Translations under genes and position numbers: made by a program
Shown here: positions 23,387 to 32,580 of the stretch, piece after piece
Layout of the letters: each line of letters opens with the position of its first letter
Numbering within the stretch: the first letter of the stretch is position 1
The notes under the pieces: model-generated
Databases searched by the model: none
Seen by the model: only the letters and a program-made list of their open reading frames with translations
Told to the model about the DNA's origin: nothing
Virus record (IMG/VR): IMGVR_UViG_3300007735_001031
Location: 1 to 64,000 of that record
Direction: 5' to 3' (one strand)
Length of the DNA: 64,000 nucleotides
From: a virus

Positions 23387-23575
23387 TTAACCTACCATCT
23401 GAAGCTTAAGAAATTTCCAGTTGCCACCGTGTCTTTCACGGAGGGTATGCTGAAGTTCAAAACAATATGAAGCAACCTCTCGCCAATCAATTGACTTGCG
23501 GATTTCCTTATGCATTTGTCCTGTCTCTTCCATAAAGAACTCAACTTGATACTCTCTCATTTCACTTCTCCACAC
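23387..23575 (-). CDS. hypothetical protein
   Basis: ORF track. Confidence 0.6.
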   Translation of the reverse strand: MWRSEMREYQVEFFMEETGQMHKEIRKSIDWREVASYCFELQHTLRERHGGNWKFLKLQMVG

Positions 23576-23772
23576 TTGAAAATTCCCTTGACGGCATCCT
23601 TGCTTCCAATATACATGTAAGCACCCTTGTTATAGGCCGGAGCCGTACAGGTAGCTTTGTAAGCTTTCTCTGCTTCTGCGTGCTTCTGTCCGCAATCAAG
23701 GCAGGAAATGTAGCCAAGGTCAAAACGCTTCTTGGAATAATCTTCACCACAATAACGGCAGACAGCAAACAT
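23557..23772 (-). CDS. C4 zinc-finger protein (DksA/TraR-like finger)
   Basis: CxxCGE...R...GY..CLDCG; YNKGAY motif. Confidence 0.7.
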   Translation of the reverse strand: MFAVCRYCGEDYSKKRFDLGYISCLDCGQKHAEAEKAYKATCTAPAYNKGAYMYIGSKDAVKGIFKCGEVK

Positions 23773-23993
23773 TACAGATACTCCCTCAGCAACTCATAAG
23801 CAAACGCCGGGTAAGCGTTGGTATAATCTTCCACATCCCAAGTAGATGGGCTGGTAATGATATTCACCGAACCCGTTTCATGAACATAACCTTCACCATT
23901 GGAAGCCTTTTCCATCGCGCTCCATTCGTCATCAGCCTCGACAACAAAAGGAGTAATCTTCTGCTCTACAACATTCACAATAAACTTCTTCAT
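23772..23993 (-). CDS. hypothetical protein
   Basis: ORF track; GGAGG SD. Confidence 0.7.
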   Translation of the reverse strand: MKKFIVNVVEQKITPFVVEADDEWSAMEKASNGEGYVHETGSVNIITSPSTWDVEDYTNAYPAFAYELLREYL

Positions 23994-24001
23994 TGTTCCT
24001 C

Positions 24002-24262
24002 CTAATCGAACAGGGTGATCTGCTGCTCACTCAACTGGTACATCTTCGCATCGAGCGAGTTGTCTGTCAAGACCCGATAAAGATATTCGTTTTGCCGCTT
24101 TAGATATTCCACTTCGGCAATAACCAAACCTTCGTCGCCAACCAAACAAATTTCATCTATATCAAGCTTCTTATCTTCTCCGTCCTTCATATTAAAGACC
24201 ATACACGGCTCAATAACACGAACAACATCACCGATCTTGAACTGTGGTTCTAGCTTCTTCAT
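24002..24262 (-). CDS. hypothetical protein (FKIGDVV SH3-like start)
   Basis: ORF track. Confidence 0.7.
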   Translation of the reverse strand: MKKLEPQFKIGDVVRVIEPCMVFNMKDGEDKKLDIDEICLVGDEGLVIAEVEYLKRQNEYLYRVLTDNSLDAKMYQLSEQQITLFD

Positions 24263-24683
24263 TTTTGTATTCCTCTGCTGAGTAGATGAAATCTTGACCG
24301 ATTGAGTATTCTATAAAATCTGGATACTCCAGCTGCTTAATTACATACTGATTATATTTATCTGTTTGCTTTGGCGTCTCCACTACGATAAAAGCTTTAT
24401 CAAGCATGGGAGACATTCGCCAATTAAGATCCGCTAAGGATTCTTTCATATAAACAATATCACCAACTTTGAATTTAGTTTTTGAGAACTTAATCATAAG
24501 CTTCTCAATAACGGAACTTGTTTTCGATACAATCTCCACAAACGAAGGAGAGTCCCTTCTGCTTTCTCGCATTTGGGAAATAATCTCGGCAATAGAGGCA
24601 TGATTCTCCTCGTTCGCTCGCTTCTTTTCCCGCGAGATCGCGCGCAAGAGCGAGATTATATCTTCCTTGCTGGACGGCCACAT
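24228..24683 (-). CDS. hypothetical protein (FKVGD motif)
   Basis: ORF track. Confidence 0.65.
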   Translation of the reverse strand: MWPSSKEDIISLLRAISREKKRANEENHASIAEIISQMRESRRDSPSFVEIVSKTSSVIEKLMIKFSKTKFKVGDIVYMKESLADLNWRMSPMLDKAFIVVETPKQTDKYNQYVIKQLEYPDFIEYSIGQDFIYSAEEYKNEEARTTVQDR

Positions 24684-24703
24684 GACGCTTCTTTCCCATG
24701 GGA

Positions 24704-25324
24704 TTACCCCTTTTTGGTCTTGATTACATTTACAGCCGACTCGGGCAGGCTGAAAGTTTGTTGATGCTCCATCGCAGTCGTATCAATCACAACATAGTGA
24801 TTGGTGAATTCACGGCTGGCGTTCTTGACGCACTCCAGTACCAGAAGGGGATTACCCATCTGGCTCTTGAACTGCGAACGATTACGCTGAGTATCCCGCA
24901 GGATACACATTTCGCCAACACTGAAACGGAATGGAGCCTTGTGATTACCGATCACTCGCTTTGCCCAATCGGAAGCCACGCTCTTCTCAAAGATTTCCTT
25001 GGAAGGAACCCAGCCAGCTTCCTTGTAGCCCTTGGCCAGACGGCTGGTAGGATAATGCTTCTCGTAATACTGACCCATGATTTGGAGATCCTCCCGCATT
25101 TCATCGGTAAAGGAATTCACCCAAGCCTGTTCCTCCGCGAGCACATCCTCAGCGGGGAAACACTCAGCCCAAAACTTATCGACATAAGTAATCTGCTTCT
25201 CAGAAAGATCCTTACGCTTTGCCTGCTCGAGCATAGACTCGACAAAGCTCTTGGAACTCGCACGCAGACGAGGGGACGAAACAATCTTCTCAAGTCTCTC
25301 AACATTAGTCATTGTAATCTCCAT
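24704..25324 (-). CDS. hypothetical protein
   Basis: ORF track; own promoter at 25356-25384. Confidence 0.75.
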   Translation of the reverse strand: MEITMTNVERLEKIVSSPRLRASSKSFVESMLEQAKRKDLSEKQITYVDKFWAECFPAEDVLAEEQAWVNSFTDEMREDLQIMGQYYEKHYPTSRLAKGYKEAGWVPSKEIFEKSVASDWAKRVIGNHKAPFRFSVGEMCILRDTQRNRSQFKSQMGNPLLVLECVKNASREFTNHYVVIDTTAMEHQQTFSLPESAVNVIKTKKG

Positions 25325-25355
25325 AGGACAGGACACCTAACCAACCAACACCCCC

Positions 25356-25384
25356 ATCATAGAGGCTGGTTAATTAGGCGTCAA
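25356..25384 (-). promoter_or_regulatory. sigma70-type promoter with TAATTA spacer box
   Basis: TTGACG-CCTAATTA..-TATGAT. Confidence 0.8.
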
Positions 25385-25400
25385 GTCCCAGGTTAAAGTT

Positions 25401-26651
25401 TTAGTTTGCCTTCTTCTTTTCTACCACAATCATCATCTCACTCGGACGAGGATCAAAGTAAGGACGATTCGCACATTCCTTCGTGGTCATCCACATACGC
25501 GAACAACGCGAAGGGATTGGCTTTTCTGCCATCATATCGGTAAGGATGATGTGCCCGTCGAACTGACGATTCTCATTCACATACTTGGTAGGAGAAGAAA
25601 AGTTCGTACCACCGCAAAGCACACGCTCACGCTTACGATTCTCGCCCTTCTTCCACACATACACCTTATCGACGAACACTTGATCGTCAAAGGGAACAAC
25701 GGTGAAGGTTGCGAGCTTCGCCAGAGAGTTCAACTCAGCAAAGAACATCGAAAGCATTTCATCACTCACCGAGCCAGACTGGTCGATGGAGATTGCGATG
25801 TTGGCGATACGATTGACCTTTCGGCCAGGATTTACCGACACAACATTGATGCTGTTGGCGTAAGCGTGAGTGCGCTTATCAATACGGCGACGAGTGTTGG
25901 ACTTATCCGCCTTCTGAGCACGACCGATGAACAGACGAAGAATACGCTTCCAATCCACATAGGATTCCAAAGCCTTCTTGATTTCCTCACGGGTCTTGTA
26001 GGACATGGAACCCCAGCCCTTCTGATCGGCCTTCTCCGCAGCTTCCTTCAGATACTCCTTAACACGCTCGTTGGCGGTTTCGGCTTCCATTCCGTCGCCC
26101 GAACCTTCGGCCCAATTGCCGTGATCGTCGAACTGGCCGGAATCATCAACTCCGCCCATACCTTGACCTTTACCATTCCCGCCACCGCCATTCGGATCAA
26201 GCTCAACCTTCTCGAGAATCTTGCGGAAGTAGAACTCAGCCGACTGCTCGCTAGGGAAATCCTCAAAGGACTTACCACCGGGAATACAGCAATTCTCGGG
26301 CAGATTATCGGCACCAATCAGACAGTTAATCGACAGGTCAGTAGCGATATTCCATAGCTTAAAGAAACGCTCTGGCTCACGGATAACCTGAGCAGGACGA
26401 CGATTCGACACATGACGAAAGACAAGGTGATAGAACTCGTGGATGATAACACCACGACGCTGCTGCTCGGTCAGCTTCTCAAAGAAATCGGGATTGTAGA
26501 GGAACTCATACTGCATAGCTTCACGGTTCAAGCCGACAGCCGCAGTAGGAATAGAAGTAGTGGAATTCTTCTCGATACGACGAGAAAGAGCAGCAAAGAA
26601 AGGCTCGTCCTTGAGCAGACGGGCAATATCAATATTAAGATCGTAAGACAT
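25401..26651 (-). CDS. DUF2201-like metallopeptidase + VWA domain protein
   Basis: HEFYH, NIATDLSIN, DDH, MIDAS DQSGS, GGT, LTD. Confidence 0.9.
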   Translation of the reverse strand: MSYDLNIDIARLLKDEPFFAALSRRIEKNSTTSIPTAAVGLNREAMQYEFLYNPDFFEKLTEQQRRGVIIHEFYHLVFRHVSNRRPAQVIREPERFFKLWNIATDLSINCLIGADNLPENCCIPGGKSFEDFPSEQSAEFYFRKILEKVELDPNGGGGNGKGQGMGGVDDSGQFDDHGNWAEGSGDGMEAETANERVKEYLKEAAEKADQKGWGSMSYKTREEIKKALESYVDWKRILRLFIGRAQKADKSNTRRRIDKRTHAYANSINVVSVNPGRKVNRIANIAISIDQSGSVSDEMLSMFFAELNSLAKLATFTVVPFDDQVFVDKVYVWKKGENRKRERVLCGGTNFSSPTKYVNENRQFDGHIILTDMMAEKPIPSRCSRMWMTTKECANRPYFDPRPSEMMIVVEKKKAN

Positions 26652-26687
26652 TTTACACCTGTGAGGTGAGGGGTTGAACTTGATACA

Positions 26688-26716
26688 AGACTACCACCCT
26701 GATAGTTTCCCGTCAA
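26688..26716 (-). promoter_or_regulatory. sigma70-type promoter overlapping a terminator-like inverted repeat
   Basis: TTGACG-17-TAGTCT; AAGACTACCACC/GGTGGTAGTCTT at 26687-26728. Confidence 0.65.
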
Positions 26717-26744
26717 GGTGGTAGTCTTATTGTTTAGGATTTGA

Positions 26745-27815
26745 TTACTGAGCGACCTTCTTGCCGGTCAGAATCTGAACCGCATAGAGCGAAGCCAGAC
26801 CCTTCGAAGTCTGCTGCTTCATAACCAGCGGATTGTTGAGCTTACCGAAGATACCGCCCATCTTGGTAGCGGCCTCGGAAGGCAGATTGACATAGTACTC
26901 GGCCACATTCTTGGCTTCGTCAGCGGTCAGCTGCGAATCGAATACCTTGCTCGCGCCCAGCTTCTCAATCAGAGCGAGGTGCTCATTCAGAGAAAACTTC
27001 TTGGTGAGCTTAAGCGCCTTACCATTCAGCACTTCCTCAACCTTGACCTGACGATCGTAGTTGCGAACGAAATCCACGAACGCGGTGGAAGCCTCAAAGC
27101 CAACGAAACCTTGAACGATAGCTTGGAGTTCGGGAGTCGCACCCTTATCCAGCATCTTTGCCTTCGTCAGAGCGACTGAAGCGCGAGCCCACGACCGACG
27201 CGAAGGATAAACCTTGTTCGGCTCAAAGGTATCGGCGTGCTCAAGGTGAGCACGGTTGTTATTGATGAAGTCCCAGATTTCGCCAGCGACGTTATCCTTG
27301 GCCCAAGTCAGCCAATCCTCAACGGTCGGCTCCACATCGACGCACCAATAGCGGTCAAGCTCGGCAACGTCCATATCGGAAACCTGATAGTTAGCGCCGT
27401 GGATACCGCCGTTGACTGCGGCAAACATCAGCGTATCAGCGTGAAGGTGCTTGCCAGCCAGCTTGCGGGAATCCATCAGCTCGAAAAGACCTTGGCGAAC
27501 TTCCATCGCACCACGATCAACCTCGTCGAAGAACAGCACAACGCCACGCTCGCAAGCGTCTTGGAACCAGTCCGAAGCCGCCCACTTCGTAACCAAAGCG
27601 GTCTTGCGCTGTTCCAGCGTAGGCAGACCGATCAAATCGCCTTCGGTCATCTGTGAAGCGCGACGCTCGATAACCTCCATCTTGCGACGATCCGAGAACT
27701 GATAGATGAGCTGCGACTTACCGATGCCGTGGCGACCACGGATCAGAACAGGGAGCCGAGCGTCAGCAACAGCGTCCACGATAGCGTTGAAAGTACCGAA
27801 AGAAATAGTAGCCAT
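26745..27815 (-). CDS. MoxR-like AAA+ ATPase
   Basis: Walker A GRHGIGKS, Walker B LFFDEVDR, PSRRSW; adjacent to VWA partner. Confidence 0.9.
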   Translation of the reverse strand: MATISFGTFNAIVDAVADARLPVLIRGRHGIGKSQLIYQFSDRRKMEVIERRASQMTEGDLIGLPTLEQRKTALVTKWAASDWFQDACERGVVLFFDEVDRGAMEVRQGLFELMDSRKLAGKHLHADTLMFAAVNGGIHGANYQVSDMDVAELDRYWCVDVEPTVEDWLTWAKDNVAGEIWDFINNNRAHLEHADTFEPNKVYPSRRSWARASVALTKAKMLDKGATPELQAIVQGFVGFEASTAFVDFVRNYDRQVKVEEVLNGKALKLTKKFSLNEHLALIEKLGASKVFDSQLTADEAKNVAEYYVNLPSEAATKMGGIFGKLNNPLVMKQQTSKGLASLYAVQILTGKKVAQ

Positions 27816-27877
27816 AATAATAAACCTCAAAGGGTTAAGAGTCAGAGAGAGTGCCCCGAACCGCTCAGGACACCCCC

Positions 27878-27906
27878 ATCATAGGGGAGAGTTAATTACC
27901 TGTCAA
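27878..27906 (-). promoter_or_regulatory. sigma70-type promoter with TAATTA spacer box
   Basis: TTGACA-GGTAATTA..-TATGAT. Confidence 0.85.
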
Positions 27907-28589
27907 GCCGGTGCAACAACCTCGCTGCTTCCAGCCTTAAATTTGTATCCAGCCTTGAAGAACTCTTCTGCTGAACTAAACTTCATAATTGGACTTGAGT
28001 AGCAAGCCATCTTGTTCTTCATCTTATCAATCTCAGCTGGATCCGCTTTGCTGATAATACTTACATTCTTAGAAGTTGGCTTTGGAGCATAGAAAGAATG
28101 GTATGGAAGATAGATCTTTTGTACTCTCTCATTAGCAGTATCAACAGCATCAACGGCAAACCAGTTTCTTTGGCTACCATTAACGAGTTCGTTGATAAAG
28201 CGGGTGAAAGTATATGGCCTGAAATCTCCGATTACAACCATCTTCTCTTCTTTATTACGCGAGTTCCAACGATACTCATTCGCCATACCATTAAGCATGG
28301 CTCCGGGACCAAAGCCAATCTCGTGCAGCCATTCAAAAGCCTTATCAAGATCACTAATCTCGGCTGAGAGTTTGGCTTTATGGTCGTTAAACTTCTTTGA
28401 ACACTTGGTAGAGGCGTGGTTCATACCAGCGCAGTACCCACATACCCGCTTACCACCCGAGTCCATCTTAGCTTTCATCTTAACCGCTCTCATTCTACCC
28501 GCAGTTAGAGCTGCCTTGTAATAGGAACAAGAATCGATTGTGTGGCCGGTTTGCCACCGACCACACCACTTACAATTAATAGTAGCCAT
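27903..28589 (-). CDS. double zinc-knuckle (CCHC) protein
   Basis: CKWC..H..C and CGYCAGMNHASTKC. Confidence 0.75.
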   Translation of the reverse strand: MATINCKWCGRWQTGHTIDSCSYYKAALTAGRMRAVKMKAKMDSGGKRVCGYCAGMNHASTKCSKKFNDHKAKLSAEISDLDKAFEWLHEIGFGPGAMLNGMANEYRWNSRNKEEKMVVIGDFRPYTFTRFINELVNGSQRNWFAVDAVDTANERVQKIYLPYHSFYAPKPTSKNVSIISKADPAEIDKMKNKMACYSSPIMKFSSAEEFFKAGYKFKAGSSEVVAPA

Positions 28590-29356
28590 TAATCACCTTT
28601 TTCAGCCTTCTTGGCTGCTCTGATAGCGCGTTGATAACTCTTACGATCTGGATGCTTTAGAATCTCTGGCTTGCTGCCGAGAATAACATTCACAGCCTTC
28701 TCGACTTCCTCATCACTCGCAGGAAGAATAACTTGCGTTAGATCCTTCATGTTCTGCCGACCAGACATGACCCGAGTGTAGCCTTGAGCATCATTGTCGC
28801 GCAACCACTGCTTTTGACCATCAGGGAATTCAGCTTGCATGGTAGCAACAGCCTCATAAAGACCTGGAACGGGAACAGTATTACGGAACTCATTGCGAGC
28901 TTCAGTTGGTTCAGCAAGCGTAGCACAACGAATCAACGAAGAAGCTTCGTTGGTGAAGTAGCTTGGTCTAATCTTTACAAAATCAGTTACCGTGTAATTC
29001 ACAAGCTCATAGCTATGATCGCTATCAGGCATGGAGTTCGAATAAAACATCATGGGACCATAAACGAAAGCGCCCGTAGCCAGCTTGAGATTCTTGATAA
29101 CCTCAGCCACGCCAACCATACCAGCCCATTCCTTTTGGGCTCTATCGTGATCGTCGCGATAAAGCTTTTCGCAAGTGGTCTTGGTGTGATCCGTACCATT
29201 ACAATACGAGCACTTCTTAACCGCTGCTCGCTCAACAACTCTTTGGGCGTAGGTATCGCCGTTTGCCGCAGCCTGCTTCGCAGTCGGGCAGTTATTACGA
29301 TTGTGTCCCTGATTGTAGCAATAACTACAGCGCGGGCTTCTCTTCACCAAACTCAT
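28589..29356 (-). CDS. double zinc-knuckle (CCHC) protein
   Basis: CSYCYNQGHNRNNC, CSYCNGTDHTKTTC. Confidence 0.8.
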   Translation of the reverse strand: MSLVKRSPRCSYCYNQGHNRNNCPTAKQAAANGDTYAQRVVERAAVKKCSYCNGTDHTKTTCEKLYRDDHDRAQKEWAGMVGVAEVIKNLKLATGAFVYGPMMFYSNSMPDSDHSYELVNYTVTDFVKIRPSYFTNEASSLIRCATLAEPTEARNEFRNTVPVPGLYEAVATMQAEFPDGQKQWLRDNDAQGYTRVMSGRQNMKDLTQVILPASDEEVEKAVNVILGSKPEILKHPDRKSYQRAIRAAKKAEKGD

Positions 29357-29675
29357 TTGTATCCTCTTCGTCTTTGGTTTCTTCAATTAGGTCTTCAACC
29401 AGCATCGCAACATCATCGAAACTATAAACTGAAGTCTCGGTTGGCCAACCATTTTCTGGAAGGGCTGCTAGTGTTTGAAATACATACGGCTCAAACTCTG
29501 GCTGTAGAATGAGCATTACCTTTGGATTCTCCGCCATCATATAGAAGAATCCATCATCATACTTCCATGTGCCATGCTTACCGGCTTTCTCGTTCAAATC
29601 ACGAAGCATCTTGTGCTTCACGTTTGTATGAAAGTCCTTCTGTCGATTTAGAAATTCTTGTAGTGTGTTTAACAT
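29325..29675 (-). CDS. hypothetical protein
   Basis: ORF track; AGGAG SD. Confidence 0.7.
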   Translation of the reverse strand: MLNTLQEFLNRQKDFHTNVKHKMLRDLNEKAGKHGTWKYDDGFFYMMAENPKVMLILQPEFEPYVFQTLAALPENGWPTETSVYSFDDVAMLVEDLIEETKDEEDTNEFGEEKPAL

Positions 29676-29702
29676 CGTCTGCTCCTGCTGTTCAGTCCCT
29701 AC

Positions 29703-29731
29703 AGCATAGAGCAGAGTTAATTACGTGTCAA
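29703..29731 (-). promoter_or_regulatory. sigma70-type promoter with TAATTA spacer box
   Basis: TTGACA-CGTAATTA..-TATGCT. Confidence 0.85.
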
Positions 29732-29735
29732 GCGG

Positions 29736-30797
29736 CTAACCAATGTCAGATGGTTTTGGCTCTACAACTCCGGGCTTCTTTTCTCTTTTAACCGGGGCTG
29801 CTTCTGGCTCCAAAGAAGTTAAATCTTCACGAACATCTAGGAAGTTAATAACTGCTTTAAGCACATCCAAAAGCATCGTTACGTCAGCAAGAGCATCATG
29901 CCAGCCCTTATTTTCTACGTCAAATGCCTTGATGATCTTTCCAAGAGATACAGACAATTTGCCTTTATCTGTTGTCATTGCATTAAGAATCTTTGCGTCT
30001 TGCTCTGAAAGTTCTTTTCCGGCCTCTCTATTTGCCTTAAACATTTTTAGAGCTGGTGTTAAGAACTTTCTAAAGATCACAACTGTATCAACAGAAATGT
30101 CGTCTGGTGGTTCTCTACCAATTCTTTGATACATGTTATTTAAAAATCCAACGTCGAATGGAGCGTTTTGAGCTACCAATACTCTATCCGGGTATTTATC
30201 CAAGAACTCTGTAAACGATCTAAGAGCTTCGCCCATTCTCATAAATGGCGCTCCCTCTGGTACTTCTTCCATAGAGATATCTTCTTTGCCGGGCATTTCT
30301 TTTGCCTGTAAGAATGCTTTTCTTCTTGCTTTCTCTGGATCTCTTGAAACTCCATATTGGGTCATAGAGAAAATATCTTCTATGCCTTTGAACTTTGAGG
30401 GCTCTTGTCTAACTCTTTTAACGCCAGGGCGTACTTCTACACCGGCAGCGCGAGCAGCTGCTAGTTTCTCTGCTTTCTTGCCGCGATCCCAATCCATAAA
30501 TCCACGGGTTCTTTGACCTAGTTGGATCTTTACATTAAATTTCTCGAGGATTTCTGGATCTGCGTCCCAATTCTTTACATCAACAGCGATCGCTGCTATT
30601 TGAGTAACTTGGTGAAAATCTTTTTCTGCTGAAAGACCTGTCGTTTCTGTGTCATAGAAGATCCAAGTTTTATTTGATGCTTCTTTCATTAGCTCTCTCA
30701 TTTCTTGGAATGAGGAGCCATATTGTTCATATTCCATTACATCTTCATTAATGGTCTTTTTAAAAGATCTCCAGTTCTCAAATAGTTTCTGATACAT
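29736..30797 (-). CDS. DEDDh 3'-5' exonuclease (DnaQ-like) with N-terminal LFENW leader
   Basis: FYDTETTGL, AQNAPFDVGFL, HDALADV. Confidence 0.9.
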   Translation of the reverse strand: MYQKLFENWRSFKKTINEDVMEYEQYGSSFQEMRELMKEASNKTWIFYDTETTGLSAEKDFHQVTQIAAIAVDVKNWDADPEILEKFNVKIQLGQRTRGFMDWDRGKKAEKLAAARAAGVEVRPGVKRVRQEPSKFKGIEDIFSMTQYGVSRDPEKARRKAFLQAKEMPGKEDISMEEVPEGAPFMRMGEALRSFTEFLDKYPDRVLVAQNAPFDVGFLNNMYQRIGREPPDDISVDTVVIFRKFLTPALKMFKANREAGKELSEQDAKILNAMTTDKGKLSVSLGKIIKAFDVENKGWHDALADVTMLLDVLKAVINFLDVREDLTSLEPEAAPVKREKKPGVVEPKPSDIG

Positions 30798-30821
30798 TAA
30801 ATTTCTCCTACTAGTACTAAA

Positions 30822-31340
30822 CTAATTAGTAGGCAGAAGAGCATTCATCGCATTGTGCATCAAAATACCACTGGCTGTTCCTACGTTCAGACTTCTAACA
30901 GAACCTCTCATCCCGATATAAACAAAGTCATCGCAGAGATCGAGGATTTCATTATTCAACCCCTTTGTCTCTTCCCCGAAAATAAATAGAGATCCAGGCT
31001 TGATCTGGTAGTCGGCAACATTGATACAAGGTCTATCAATATTACATTCAATAGCTACAAGCCTATACTCCTTCTTAAGCTCCTTGATATCATCAATTGA
31101 CTTAAGATGAACTACATTTGTGTAATGATGGGTTCCAACTGAGCCTCTGCGATCCCAAGCCTTCTTGCCGAAGTAGAAGAACTTTTCACAGCCGAAAGCA
31201 TTGGCGTTTCTAATAGCCGTTGAAATATTGAAGTCTCCTTCAACATGGCTCATCATACACGCATAAGGAAGCGTGTTAAGTTGAACGTCAGCCTTGATTA
31301 GCTCGGTCGTCCAATTAGCATACTTATTCAGAACGTTCAT
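30822..31340 (-). CDS. SpoU/TrmH-family RNA 2'-O-methyltransferase
   Basis: NISTAIRNANAFG, FGEETKGL, SLNVGTASGI. Confidence 0.9.
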   Translation of the reverse strand: MNVLNKYANWTTELIKADVQLNTLPYACMMSHVEGDFNISTAIRNANAFGCEKFFYFGKKAWDRRGSVGTHHYTNVVHLKSIDDIKELKKEYRLVAIECNIDRPCINVADYQIKPGSLFIFGEETKGLNNEILDLCDDFVYIGMRGSVRSLNVGTASGILMHNAMNALLPTN

Positions 31341-31536
31341 TTAGAGAATCCTTGTAATCAAAGTGTCCATACTTAGAACAATACTTTCCGCAGTATTGAT
31401 CCGAAAATACAATAGGCCATACGCCACCCCCGTAGATGTCCCCCTTAGTAGGGGCGGAGTAGATACATACACCTATCAAACCATTTTCTACATCTTGTTT
31501 AAAGTAGATACAATTTTCACAACTAATCTTAGTCAT
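31324..31536 (-). CDS. small Cys-rich protein
   Basis: CENC..G.C...WP.V..DQYCG. Confidence 0.65.
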   Translation of the reverse strand: MTKISCENCIYFKQDVENGLIGVCIYSAPTKGDIYGGGVWPIVFSDQYCGKYCSKYGHFDYKDSLNERSE

Positions 31537-31772
31537 AAAACCTCGAGATCACTTAATTCGTCCAGAGAAAACCAAGCCGACACCGGCTTATCACTAGGGT
31601 CAGTGTAGCTGACCTCAATGTTCTTGTCAAACAGGACAGAAGAGACAATACCTTCGACAATCATATCTCTTTGAAAGACACCATAAGCTGTTTTATATGG
31701 AACATCACTCTTTTTTACTCTTACGAAGTCCCCCTGCTTTGGCAGGTTTAATTGCTTTTGGCTTTTTTGCAT
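31533..31772 (-). CDS. hypothetical protein
   Basis: 3' part of track ORF; start MQKSQ. Confidence 0.6.
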   Translation of the reverse strand: MQKSQKQLNLPKQGDFVRVKKSDVPYKTAYGVFQRDMIVEGIVSSVLFDKNIEVSYTDPSDKPVSAWFSLDELSDLEVL

Positions 31773-32142
31773 TCTTAACCTCGTTTTTATCTTTAACAAG
31801 GACTTTGGTTGTGCATTTAGCATTACACTTGTTATAAGTTGTTGGGAAATCAATTGTCTTTTGTACCCACTCAATCATAGCTTCCTCGGTAGGGAATGAT
31901 CCTGAGTAGATAACAGTTTCAGTAGATTTCTTATGATTATAACCCGTGCTTGCTGTATGCCAGTCCTTAAAAATTGGATCCAGGACTTTAGTATAGAGTC
32001 CTCTTTTAATTCCATCAACCTGGAACCTGTATTCTATTTCTTCTTTTCTTCTGTGATAAATCCAAATTACGCCGTGCATATTATACAAGAGGGGAGTGTT
32101 ATCTCCCCTCCCTCCTAACTCTAAGTATGTAGGATTTTTCAT
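31705..32142 (-). CDS. hypothetical protein
   Basis: ORF track. Confidence 0.7.
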   Translation of the reverse strand: MKNPTYLELGGRGDNTPLLYNMHGVIWIYHRRKEEIEYRFQVDGIKRGLYTKVLDPIFKDWHTASTGYNHKKSTETVIYSGSFPTEEAMIEWVQKTIDFPTTYNKCNAKCTTKVLVKDKNEVKNAKKPKAIKPAKAGGLRKSKKE

Positions 32143-32507
32143 TAGTTCACAAGGATGGTCTTCACTTTTAGAACTGGTGGCTTAACCTTTGGAACTGAGA
32201 CAGTAAGAATACCGTCAACATAGTCGGCTTTAATGTTGTCGAAATCAACATTTAGAACCTTCCAAGCTCTATCAAAAGATCCGGCGTATGGATTCTTTTT
32301 CTCCGGCTGATATGAAAGAATCAGAACTCCATTTTCTTTTACAGAAACCTTGATATCTTCTTTCTTGGCTCCTGGAAGCGGAATAGTTGCAAGATAATGG
32401 TCTCCCTTGTCTACCAAATGATAAGTAGAGACATCGTGTCTATCATAGGAACCAAAAGAGCCATTCATAATTTCATCGAAAAGCTTTGAATTGTAATTAT
32501 ACCACAT
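32142..32507 (-). CDS. small heat-shock protein (Hsp20)
   Basis: LPGAKKEDIKV, A.Y.DGILTVSVPK. Confidence 0.9.
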   Translation of the reverse strand: MWYNYNSKLFDEIMNGSFGSYDRHDVSTYHLVDKGDHYLATIPLPGAKKEDIKVSVKENGVLILSYQPEKKNPYAGSFDRAWKVLNVDFDNIKADYVDGILTVSVPKVKPPVLKVKTILVN

Positions 32508-32580
32508 TCTATTTCCTCCATGCATATACCCCCAGTAGGGGGGTAGTAGTAGTCTATACTAATCCGGCCCTAGCAGTCTG

